Positions 51,559 to 63,708 of a DNA stretch of 64,000 nucleotides are shown one piece after another. This DNA is from Oopsacas minuta. Taxonomy: Eukaryota > Animalia > Porifera. The stretch spans positions 124,001 to 188,000 of the forward strand of contig JAKMXF010000177.1 in NCBI GenBank assembly GCA_024704765.1, in the 5' to 3' direction. The notes beneath the pieces are model-generated. The model searched no databases and was not told the DNA's origin. It was given only the letters and a program-made list of their open reading frames with translations. The position numbers were made by a program, and so were the translations under genes. Position 1 is the stretch's first letter, and each line of letters opens with the position of its first letter.

Positions 51559-53733
51559 CACAGCATAACAACATTTTGTTTATTTAGTTATTTCCCAGTT
51601 TTTAGACAATTCTGACGTGATGAATTCGAATTTTACTATGCTTTTAATGTATCGTCAATAATTTGAGTGAAAATGTCAAATTCCACTTTTTTGATTTTTG
51701 CTTCACATTACCCATTATACAATGGCATGACATTATATTCATTTCAAATATTGATTTACTTAGATAAATTGTTGTCTACAGATAATATTTATTGATGGCT
51801 GCCAGAAGAATTTGCAAGCTTACACTAGATTCGTTTTGCCATTGTTCGGGTACTACATTGGACCTAGACAAGTCAAGCATATTATAAACACCCCGTACAA
51901 AATTGCGTATTGCTTATTATGCCTATTTTGGCATGCCAATGGGTGATCAAGACAAAATGTGGTCGCCTCACTTCTGCTGTGGATCATGTCGTCCGACCTT
52001 AGAAGGATTGCTACGTGGAACGCGAAAGTGTATGCCATTTGCAATTCCTCGAATTTGAAGAGAACCAGTTAACCACCATGATGACTGCTACTTTTGTATA
52101 GTAGATATTACAAAATACAAAGGAAAAGATAGAAAAAATATTGTTTATCCGAATATTCCATTGTCTATTGTCCCAGTGTCGCACAATGAAGATCTGCCAA
52201 TTCCTATTTCTCCTTTCTTAGAATGAACTGTTGAACCTGAGTACATATCTTCTAGTGAGGAAGATTGTATCAGCTTCGACGAAGACTTATCATGGAAACC
52301 ACACTTTCCTAATCAGCAAGAACTATTAGACTTGGTTAGAGAACTAGGTCTGACAAAATCTAATGCGGAACTTTCGAGATCTCGTCTCAGAGAGTGGAAT
52401 ATACTTGATCCTAGTTGTAAGATATCTATCTACAGAAAGCGGCATCATAATTTTGCATCTTTCTGCAAATATTCGCTTTTCAATTCTTTGTGTTACTGTT
52501 CTGATGTGGTTGGCCTTTTTAACGAGATTGGTGTGAAATACAACCCTCCAGATTGGCGTCTCTTCATTGATTGCTCTACAAGAAGTCTAAAGGGTGCTTT
52601 GCTTCACAATGGCAATGAATTTCCAACCATTTCCCCGAACTCACTCAGTTCATTTAAAGGATAATTATCACAATGTGAAACATGATGGAGATGATCAACT
52701 ATCAAGCACACAAATGGGATGTTTACGGCGACTTCAAATGCAAGGATTTCTACTGGGATTACAGGCTGGTTATACAAAATATTCTTGCTTCTTTGTTTGT
52801 GGAATAGTAGGACAGATGACCAGCACTATGTTACAATGATTGGCCGGTTAGAGAGGAGCTAATTCTAGGAACACACAACGTCATTCACAATGCTCTTGTT
52901 CAACCAAAGAAGGTTTTGTTGCCACCCCTTCACATGAAGTTAGCGCTTGTGAAGCAATTCATCACATCCCTGAATGCCTTCAAACATATATGTTCAATGT
53001 TTCCAAAACTGTCTGAGGGAAAAGTAAGAATTGGAATCTTCGTTGGACCTCAAATTAGGCGATGTTAGCGTGTAGCGGGGTGGAAACCAAAATGAATGTT
53101 GTTGAAAAGAGAGCTTGGCAAGCATTTAGGCTTGTAGTTAGTGGATTTGGGGGAATAGAAAGTCAGAAAACTATGAGGAACTCGTTGATAACTTAATTGC
53201 AAGTTATCAACATCAAGGATGTAGAATCTCACTCAAACTACATTATTTACACTCACACTTGGGCTTCCTCAGACCTAATTTGGGAGATGTAAGCGAAGAA
53301 CAAGGTGAACTTTTCCACCAAGACATGTTAGTCATGAAGAAGACGTATTAGGAAAAGTGAGACGAACGTATGATGGGAGACTACTTGCGGTGTTTGATAC
53401 GCGATGCTCCGAGTATACGCAAAAGAAAACTTTAAAACAACATTTTTAACTTATACCTCACTTAATACGTTATATAGTATAATATTGATTATAATACTGC
53501 CAAATGTCATATAATTAAGGAACGCATTTGTAATCAGAAGATTCACGAGCATTTCTTTAGGGGAAATATGATATAATATGTATTTTGGATTTATTGAAGA
53601 ATTTTCGATTCTGATCTAACCATCGATGAAAATAAACAAATATTGCTGCCTTTGGTATCCGCGCACCTTAAAGCAGTGGGGAAAAACTAAAATTCAGATA
53701 AACAAACCTTTCATAAAAATTTGTTGCATTGTG
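51559..53733 (+). mobile_element. Chapaev3-like transposon, degenerate
   Basis: CAC..GTG imperfect ends with taa/tga flanks. Motifs GDQDKMWSPH, DCYFC, WRLFID, LPPLHMKL, HSHL, SEEQGE; many stops and frameshifts. Confidence 0.75.
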
Positions 53734-53764
53734 TGAATTGACATCAAAGGAACAACAAACAAAC

Positions 53765-54200
53765 AATGCTAGATTCAGACTCAGCATATACGAATACCCT
53801 AGTAAGATTGTTGAAAGTACGATTCTACCTCAATTTTGAAATTTGTTTACTTTGTGTGCCTAAAAGTAAACAAATACTCATAAATGTTGTTTACAATACT
53901 ATAATTGGACTCAGCATAATCGATTACCCTAGTATAGTCGTTAAAGGTATGATACTACCTCAATTATGAAATTTGTTTACTGTATATTCATAAAAACAAC
54001 AATAGATTTACAATATGAGAAACTTGAAGATGCGAATTCGGATTAGGCGTACTTAGTTACCCTTGGTAGCCGCTTAGAGCAAATCTGTATGTATATTTTG
54101 AACTTTGGCTAATTTGTTTTACTTTGTATTCGTAAAAGCAAAAATTACATATGATTAATCCAAAAATGTGGAAATCAGATTCAGCATGTTCGATATATTT
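53765..54200 (+). repeat. Diverged tandem array, ~130-137-bp unit, ~3.5 copies
   Basis: GA(C/T)TCAGCAT-like anchors at 53778, 53908, 54041, 54178; shared tgaaatttgtttact and attcataaaaacaac blocks. Confidence 0.65.
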
Positions 54201-54222
54201 AGTGAATTTTTGTTGAATTCTA

Positions 54223-55533
54223 CATGATTGCTCATAAGTTCTGTGACATTTTTTCGAATTCGTAAATTTTCATTTCTAATGCTACAATAATAGTATTATC
54301 ATATGAATATCATTACTAGATATTTAGTAATAGTATTTCATAAGTAGTTTCCTAATATATTTCATTTCAGTGTTGAATAGGTTATGGAAAGCGATAGGTG
54401 TGCTGTGATTATATTATTTCAGGCGGGACATAAACCAAGGGAAATTTCTAAAATGTTCAAAATGCCCAGGGGAAGAAGGATGTTTATTACTAGGGACATT
54501 AAGAGATAATAGAGACTGGGAAAGTTGAAGATAGGGCGAGGATTGGTCGTCCGTGTTCTGTTGTGACTCCAAAGGTGCGAAAGGCGGTGCGGGAACAAAT
54601 TCGGAGAAATCCCCGACGATCAATGCGTAAAATGGCATCAGTCCTCAAAATATCCCATCGATCTGTCCAAAGAATCGTTAAAAATCAATTAGGAATGAGA
54701 TCATTCAAAAGGAAGACAGTGCACTTCCTTTCTAGTAAGATCATGGGAAAGAGACTGGTTAGGAGTAAGGGTCTGCTAAAGCGGCACACTGTTTATGGGA
54801 TAAACAACATTCTCCTTTCTGACGAGAAATTATTTACAGTAGAGGAAGCTAACAATGCTCAAAATGACAGAATAATAGCAACTAGTTCTCAAGCAATCCC
54901 AGACGAGCTGCATTACATCGGAAGAGTTCAAAAATCACAATTTGTCATGGTTTGGGCTGGAATTTCGGTAATTGGTCGGACATCCGTGATATTTGTCCCA
55001 CCAGGGGCTAAAATTAATTCAATTTCATATCGCGAACTGATATTAGAACCTGTACTGAAAGATCTAAGCCAGTCCATGTTTACTGGAGTCATTTCTGTTT
55101 CAACAGGAGGGTGCGCCTGCCAACACCTCCAAAGTCACTCAGGCATGGTTAAAAGAGAATATTCCCAATTTTATTCCCAAAGACGAATGACCCCCATACA
55201 GCCCCCGATTTGAATCCAATGGATTACTCTATCTGGTCGATTTTGGGGACAAAGGCTTGTGCTAAGGTCCACACCAATGTAGAATATCTTAAGGTGTCGT
55301 TGAGGAGAGAATGGGTTAAAATACCTCAAGAAACACTGTGTGCTGCGGTTGAGCCCTTTCCTCGCAGATTAAAGGCTGTAATTGAGAAGAGGGGAGGGTA
55401 TATAGAATAGTGGCTATTTCTAGCTTATTATTAGCATATAGTGTTAGTCTAATTAGAACTTCAAGCATGAATAGCACATTTTGAATATATAAATGGGTTA
55501 ACATAAATGTCACAGAACTTATGAGCCATCCTG
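54223..55533 (+). mobile_element. maT-type (DD37D) element, degenerate
   Basis: 29-bp TIRs (2 mismatches) with TA TSDs. LLSDEKLF, MVWAGIS, PDLNPMDYSIW; frameshifts. Confidence 0.88.
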
Positions 55534-56184
55534 TATCTACTTCCTTGATAAACACGATAAATACATAGTTATGCGACTATTTCAAAATTGCATACCGCAA
55601 TTGATTCCCTTGACAAAAGACAAACAAAAAACAAGACAGCAACAATTGAGATTTAATAACATAGAGTAAGGGTTATCTACTATTGAGCATGTAGGTTCCA
55701 AAATTAACATTTTCAATTATATCTACATTATTTATTCTATTTTCACACCTTTTTGCATATATTTCAAAGAAATTTTCTTTCAAAAGTTAGACAGGGGTAA
55801 TTGTAGGATAATTATTCGGAATTTTATTCGTAGTGTTTGTGGATAGAACATGGAGTATATTAGGGAACGAAAATATTGAATACCTGAAATGTTTTTCAGA
55901 TTCAAGAGCCCAAATCAATCGGGATACAAAGTGCTGCACTACCAGCCTGTCAGCTGGAATTTTTTTATAGTTTTGCTTAAGTTTTGTTTTCTGTTTTCAT
56001 TTGTCTTCTTATCACCTTCGAACCCAGGGCCCAGATGTAAACAAGCCTTATTGCTTAGTCTGGCTCCATTGGCAAATTCAAGTAAAAAATACAAACTGTA
56101 ATTTTAACGAAAATCGATAGGAAATTTAAGTTCGTAAATGTGTTATCTCTGGTCTATTGGAACTCGAGAACGAACCCGCATTTG

Positions 56185-57776
56185 TACTGTGGGCTATTTT
56201 GGGCAAATATTTCCAGTAGGCTATAACTTCAACAATATATATTATTTCCCCTTGAATTTTTGGATATTTGGGTTTTAACTAAAGACAATTGTTTTTGTCA
56301 TGTCAGATTTTGAGGATGAGTTAGCATTTGAAAATTATGGCGTCATATTTATTCTCCAAAAATATTCAAATTTATTTCGTTTCGTATAATTATTAACATA
56401 TGAGATATTCTTAATAGTATTATGTTTCAATAACAAACACTAGTAACTAGGCAACGCATTAGTTATTGTGGAATTGGAACATAATCTTGTATGATGCATA
56501 ATATTGTGATTCGGATTTGTTGTATAGGAATGCGATATTATGTCAACTACAAAAATAAATATATATTCAAACCTAAATTAGTATAAACAAATTATTTCAC
56601 ATAAATTATAGTCATACAAAGCTGCAAAATTTAACTTACACTTCATGAAGTAAATGAATTATTTCTGGATACTAAACAGGGCAATCGAAATGCTAAAGTA
56701 GATGTCAATTTGGCAAGTAGAATAATTGGAGAAAAACTTGGAATCGACTCGCAATTACCAACGTTCTCAAAAGATGTGAAGAACCTCCATTTGAGGTGTA
56801 CTCGGCTTAGTGAATGAATGTACCACGATAAGCCCGAAAATATTCTTGAACAAATAGTTCTTAAGCGTCAGGACTATATACCAAGTACTGAAATTCTAGC
56901 CCCAGCTGCGCTGTCGGTGGTTAATCCGAATATCCCTAAGCGGAAATCCCTAGAAGAATAGAAAAATCAGATTCTAAACGTGTACGCCTCGAGAGTACTG
57001 GTATTATTGACGCGTTATCTCAATTAACTCGTTCAGAAGGTATCAGCATTATTCAATACGTTGGTCTGATATTATATTTTTTGCAGTTGCTACACCAGAA
57101 TGCCATAACATTGCTCTTATTGCAAAAACGAATTTCTGGGGGCGATAATCAGGATATACTTCACTCCAACAAATTGGTTTCGCCGGGAACGTCAACAGAC
57201 CTTGCATATAACCTCAATCTGGGGAAATGGAATGGACAGATCTGAAGTATTTTCTAATTTCAGAAGGTTTAAAATTATCCAGTTGGTGTAAAATACGTGA
57301 TTTTGGTACAACTCAAATACCTCCATTCCAATTTACCCATCAGTATCAAATCCAATTGGGTTAACAGTAAACTACATTGACCACACAGTGAACCTCATGA
57401 AACATATCATCACACACTCTATACAATTTATTGAAGAACCCCTAATGTACCCGCTCAACTTTATGGCTAAACATGGTGTAGATGGGTTAGGAAGTCACAG
57501 TGTCTAATCTTAGATCTCAAACAGCTCGTGATCGTTCACAATTTCTCTGGTTTATGGTTTCTCCTCTTTTGAATTGAAAGATAGTCAAGGGAATACAATC
57601 TTGTCTAATCAATAACCAAATTCTAAATTCTCCAACAAGGCAATCGCATTGTTATCTCAAAAAAGAGGATTGAAAGTGTCACTTCTCTAATGAATTTCTA
57701 GAAACTACAATTTGACGAACTCGTTTCAACTGGTTTCGAGAATGAAAGTGGACATGCGAATATTGAAGCTAAGGCC
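56185..57776 (+). mobile_element. Transib-like element B, left part (interrupted by Ginger)
   Basis: Degenerate CACTGTGGGC-like terminus. KHGVDGLGSH (first catalytic D region), PNSKF, and IEAKA continuing in frame as SMLDDK after the Ginger insertion. Confidence 0.6.
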
Positions 57777-58025
57777 TGTTGCGTAGGATTTTGACCCGCA
57801 ATACAAAATCCTAATAGCATATCCATGGTGCGGGTCAAAATCCTACAATGTAATATATGCGTAGGATTTTGACCCGCATCAAATGTATTACACTAATTAC
57901 AGCCGTAGGATTTTGACCCGCATATAACGTATTATTGTCGTAGGATTCTGACCCGCATATAACATATTATTCTCGTAGGATTTTGACCGCATATAATGTA
58001 TTATTATCGTAGGATTTTGACCCTA
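57777..58025. repeat. Subterminal array of the CGTAGGATTTTGACCCGC motif
   Basis: Six direct copies (57782, 57860, 57904, 57939, 57974, 58008) and one inverted copy (~57829-57846); two more copies at the other end (63669-63705). Confidence 0.9.
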
Positions 58026-59204
58026 AAGTAATCTTACTTCTCTGTCATTTGACTTTTTCGATTTCCATACACTTTCATTACGTAATTACCACTAAATGTA
58101 CATAATGTAATTCAACTTTAGACTTGCCATACGTATACGTAACTGAATAAACAAGTCAATTTAGAGTTGGATTCTAGAAAGTAGTGAATTTGTTTGATAA
58201 CATGTAAACTATGTTCCCACTACATATAACAAATTTACAATATGTATAATTATCCAAAATGCCAAATATAGACAGGTGTATATAAATATTTTATAATAAT
58301 ATTACTTGGACAGAAGGTGGTAGGTATTTGATAATTGTATTTAATAACTCATAATAAATAATATAATTTAACATGTCAATCTATATATTGCAATATATTC
58401 TATCAAATAATAAAAATATTACAAGCATTAGCATGATAATGAATATTCGGAATATCTTAAGTACGAATTGTAGGCGATTTCATCTTTGCCCATTTCTCTA
58501 TACTTCCTGACAAGCTTTAAGGAATATACCACTGAAATATGTTCATCTATTGGACAAGCGTAGACTATGCATTTGTTACGGGAGTCTTGGTATAATGTTG
58601 ATATACACATCAAGTTGAAGTGAAAACCGCGAGAATCTGGCACGCTGCATGCTCCTGGAAAACACTAGATTTCTATTAACCAAACAAGTCAGCTGCGGTG
58701 GCCTCCTCCTTCCCCTTACAGCCACCCCCTAACGCTAAACGTTTAACGTCAACCTCACCTTGTTTGTGTGCAGTGTTGGAGCGAGTTTAATGTGATTGCG
58801 ATCACACCAAATTTGACTCTAAGCTGCAACATAAACGAATACGTACAATAAATCGTAATTTAACAGACACACGAGGAGCTAACGGACCCCGAACGGCCAC
58901 AGACAAGGAGGCATTAAAAAATTTAAAATAGATAAGAAACTCGCTTGTATCTGATTCCATGCTGTATTTCGTCACGGCGTAGACTCGTCAGTTGCGCTGC
59001 CTTTCTCGCAATATACTTAGATGGTAGAGTGATGATGTTCGCCACTGGGGATGTGCTGTTGCAGGTCGCGTTTCCATTATCTGGGCTCACCATGATAGGG
59101 ATTGCGTTGCCTGAATAACCTCGGGCAGAGGTCCCCACAAGGTTCGATGTACCTTGCCTTTGAGCGCTTTCGAATGGTGGAAAAGAGTCGTGAATCGCTA
59201 AGAA

Positions 59205-62200
59205 TTAGTCAGAAGAGTGCAAGAGGTAGAATACAGTATTGAGTGACCCTATGAAAGTGTCACAGTCCCAAAGTTGGATAATTGGTTCTCTCATCCCGTC
59301 ATATTTACAGAATTGCCCGTTTTGGTAAAGGATTGAATAGAAGTGTCTATTGCTCAATATGCTAAAGCCAGCAAGTTGGTAGTGAAGTGTCCGTTGGTTG
59401 TGACTGATGGTAAAGTGTTTGTCAATATCACTTGCAAAAATGTCTGGCAATTCGGGTAGATGTCCGATTTCAATTGTTAGCATGACAGGTATTGACTTTA
59501 ATTGACCAGATATCCTCTCTAAGACAGCAGTAGTTGATCCACAAGACTTGCATTTAATAGGAACGAGACTTCGATTAACAGATGATTCCAGGTTTGTAAT
59601 AACGCCTCCTATATTACTAATCATGGATTGTGTCTCAAAGATATTGGTGCATTGGTGGCATTGGAAGATAGTGAAATATTTGTCGTCACATAAATCTTCT
59701 GTTCGTAATTATTTGATGATGTTACCCTCTGATCCAAAGAAATCGTAAGACCGTATCAATCCTGAGGAATCATATATAACTTCAAGCCCAATTTTAGTAG
59801 CAACATATTCTCGAAGTTTCTCAAATTCACAATTAGCAGCCAATTGGAATATGTAGTGGAAATTAGCTTCAATATGTGTACTTCCGATTAACTTCAGTGA
59901 GTCTAGGATGGTTGCTTTATTCGAACTAAGAATAGCCAATATATTGTCGATAGAACAGGTGTTAGATTGCACGATGTTGTTATACTCTCCTCCCCATTTA
60001 GGATATGGGATAAGATCTGATGCATTTTGTATAGATTGTTCTGGTATTTCAATGATCTCATGAACTTGCTCAGTTGGGAATATTAACTCAATTATTACTG
60101 GTAATAGGACAGCAATTGGATAGTCAAGATCTCTTCGTGTCTCTTCAGGTATTTCAGTAGGATAGGAGGAACGATATTCTGCGTACCAATTACCGGCTGA
60201 TACAGCAAGTTTCTCCTTAATCTCAAAATTTAGTTCGTTGGGTGGATGGTAAGAATATAGTAAATTCAATGAAGTTAGAGATGCAGCTTTTGTAGCGAGT
60301 TTCTCATGTAGTTGGGTTAAGTATGTGTTATTGACAAGAGCTGATAGTATTCGAGGTTTCAATTGAAGTAGCTCAGAATTAATATTTTCATAGATTGAGT
60401 GTTGTTGCGGTGTTACAAATGTTTCTTCCATGGTATCCAGGTTCAATATATCATCCAAAGAATCTAAATACAAATAAATATGTGAAATGTAGGATTGCTA
60501 TTACGTATTAATCGAATCAATACAGAACACAACTAGTTTATATGTACTTAATCATGGGCTGAGTCAATTAGTTATAGTTCAGTACAATATTGTCTCGCTA
60601 ATATATTTACCGCTAGAAGGGAATTTGCAGGATCTTTTGGGCTTCTTTGATTTGCCTGTCTTCGTTCGAACCTGCCGTATTTCGTTCATGCGAGAATGAT
60701 ATTTTCTTGATAGATGGATAGGTAATTTTGTTGTTTTGCTATCTGGGTCTTTGCGAGCAACTAGGTGGCTTGGTTTAACTTCCTCTATCGTATATGCTCC
60801 CAAATATTTCTTTGCATCTTTTGTTCCTGGGAGTCGCTTGGCTTTCTTTATATTATGTACAAGTACCTCATCTCCTTCCACAAATTCTGATCTAAAGTTT
60901 ACACAATGATTATACAAAGAAAATAATGTGCCAATTACGTACAGTTTATAATGATGATAATTATATAACTAAAGTAAGTGTTTTGGAATTTAAGAATTCA
61001 TATAATTGAGGAAACAATAAATTAGTTCCGATTCAAGACTATTTCATATTTATCGGATTATACAACAGTCAGTGAATTTAATTTAATTTTAGTAAGAGAT
61101 GATGTATGAAATTCCAACATGTTACATCACACAAGAATGTGTTTCGTTATCTCTTACCTGTTGTGTTTAACTTTGCTGTCATATGTTTTCTTTTGAACTT
61201 TCTGACCTGCCTTGATGTTTTCAATAGCAGTCATCCTGTCAGCTTTACGTGTAGAAGAAAGATTTTCTATCCATTCGTTATCAATTATAGGAAAGTCAAA
61301 TGGGTGTGGTTCGTTTGCATCCATTTGAATATTCTCATCTTCTGATACTTCTGCCTCTGAGATATCAGCTTCGGTTAGTAATCCGGGGTTAGTTGGAGAA
61401 GTGATAAGATTGAGAAGGTTAGATGAATCAAAGTCTCTCCCAAACATGAGATAAAAGGGTGTGTAGCTTGTAGAGATTTTGGTTTGAGTATTTGCTGCTA
61501 GTACTGCTGTCTGTAATTTCTCTGTCCATTCAGTGTCCCCTTCAGATTGCATCTTATTGATTTTTCTATTTGTAAAAGTGTTAAATTAATTCAAAGCTAT
61601 CTAATTATAAACGACGTGTATTAAACGTATATAAGGCTTTGAATAGATATATATATTTATATTTAGCCTCAATACTCACGTTTTCAATATTTTGTTGTGT
61701 GACTCAACAAGTCCGTCACTTTGTGGGTGGTATGCTGTGGTTCTTCTGGTGTTGACATTTATCTTCTTGTGAAATTCTTGAAATTCCTATTTTGAAAGTA
61801 AATAAGAGAACGATAACAATCTACTACGCGCATGTATTTAGTCTTGTACAGCAATAGTTAGAATGATATAACGATTAATAAGGTAAATTTTCCATCCGAA
61901 GGTAGTAGCATTAATTAGGAAATTCTTATTTATTAGTATTTAACATAATTAAAATCCAATTTCCATACGGTTTCTTAAATATAGCCATCAGGACGCACAA
62001 ATTCCTACCAGGGTATATATTGAAGCAATGCGCTGACAATTGACAATGCAACATGTTACGTACGTATATCCAATATAGTAAGTTGTATTGTGTATCAGGA
62101 ATAATTTACTTGGTGTATTTACAATTACTAATCTCGAGTATGTAAAAATATGAGTTACCTTGCTTGAGAATTCTGTTCCCTGATCATGTTGGAGGATGTT

Positions 62201-63512
62201 AGGTACACCGAACGAGAGATAAATTTCCTGTAAACAATCCAATATTTCTTTAGAAGTTTTAGTCTTGAGTGGTCGGACAATTACAAATTTACTCAGGTAG
62301 CACACGATGACAAGAATGTGCTGAAATCCAAGTACAGTGCGAGACATATTGCATATGAGATCAATTCCACAATGACACCATGGTTCTTCAGGAGGAGGAA
62401 TAGGTTGAAGTTCTCGTTGTGGTTGAGGAGGTAGAGCAGCAGAGGTTTGACAGTCATGGCAAGTTCGGATCTAGAACGGGAAATGATTTAATTGTCAGTT
62501 CGTAGTCCAGTCTAATGTAATTTGCTACGTTCCAGATGTCCCACTAATTAGCATTCCATCCCGCTTTTTCTTCACTCAGGTTGGCAAATATGTTTATGTG
62601 AAATACTCCCACTACCTATCCCAATTACTAACTACCGCAAGGGTCATTAGTTGTTAGATACATGGTTGGTTGGTTGTACCGCACAAATAGATTTCCATAT
62701 GATAAAATTGTATACCGGTATACTAAATATCATCAGATCGCACAATATTAATTTTACAATAGCACAAATAAAGCTGTATACAGTAGAATAATTACAAGGT
62801 GAATAACCTTGAACTATAAAATACATGCTGTTCTCAGACTTAACAACCCCTTTTGCAAATTTCCCTGGATTTTCAAAATTTGTAATCCAGGGATCCCTGG
62901 AGGGTTGGTAAGTCTGTGTTCTCAGCCACATTTTCTTGGAAAATCATGTATGAAAGAAATACGTAATTTAGTAACTCACATAGGATCCAACATCATTGTA
63001 TATGCCATTCCAATCATATTTATTTCGGATTCCATCAATGGTAGTATTGATTCCAGGATGAGTGACATTGTGATAGAATCCGATAATGTTGTCAATTTCT
63101 GAGACTAGTGGAATCTCCAAATATTTCATATAGCCATTTTTCTTTCTGAAAATCTACAAGAAATTATTTTAGTTAAACTCAGAGGTTGTAGGTAGCATTG
63201 AGGGGCAGAGGAGTCCCCCTAGCGTTTTCACCCTTCTCATCTCCCTATGGTACGCAAATTTAATGAGGCAACTACATATCTACCTCCTCTCAGATATGTA
63301 GTTGCCTCAAGATTTCTAATTATGTCCCGGAAATAAGTATAAATCAAAAATATCATTCAGGAATATACCTTCATTAGCTTATTCTCTTGAAAGTAAATCC
63401 CCTTGCACTTTCTGACAAAATTCTTCTTTCTGTAGCGATCACTCTTGATTTCTGGTGGGATAATATTCGTCTGGAGGTATCCACGAATTGCTTCATACTC
63501 TGTCGCATCCAT
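59205..63512 (-). CDS. Ginger transposase with C-terminal USP-like peptidase; 7 exons, ~894 aa, one in-frame stop
   Basis: Exons 63512-63369, 63153-62980, 62470-62159, 61786-61680, 61565-61158, 60891-60611, 60463-59205, all GT-AG and frame-consistent. H2C2 (HNVTHPG..CHDC), GIDL / HDQG / GLVE (DD35E), TPFYLMFGR, YLGAYTI. TAA at 59711-59709. Confidence 0.85.
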
Positions 63513-63708
63513 AATGAAAAATGTCAAAAGTAAATATGTGTTAAAGTTGAAATCTAGAAATAAAGTAAAATGTTAGTGTGTGCATTCAGGAAGTCACACA
63601 TGTATAAATACGAATACTATGTGACTAGGGATGAAATGTTGATATTACTTGATTTGCAATTGCTACTTGCGGGTCAAAATCCTACGCGGGTCAGAATCCT
63701 ACGCAACA

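Larger units (their letters stand above)
57777..63708 (-). mobile_element. Ginger-type (Gypsy-integrase-like) DNA transposon, full length, intron-containing
   Basis: 23-bp TIRs TGTTGCGTAGGATT(T/C)TGACCCGC, perfect GGCC TSD (57773-76, 63709-12); no RT or gag seen. Confidence 0.92.

Noticed and set aside
57777-58025. CRISPR-like repeat-spacer appearance
   Set aside because: The repeat equals the Ginger TIR core, the spacers are short and similar to each other, one copy is inverted, there are no cas genes, and the context is eukaryotic.
58428-63512. LTR retrotransposon (Gypsy) interpretation of the integrase
   Set aside because: No gag, protease, RT or RNase H and no LTRs; it has inverted termini, a 4-bp TSD and spliceosomal introns.
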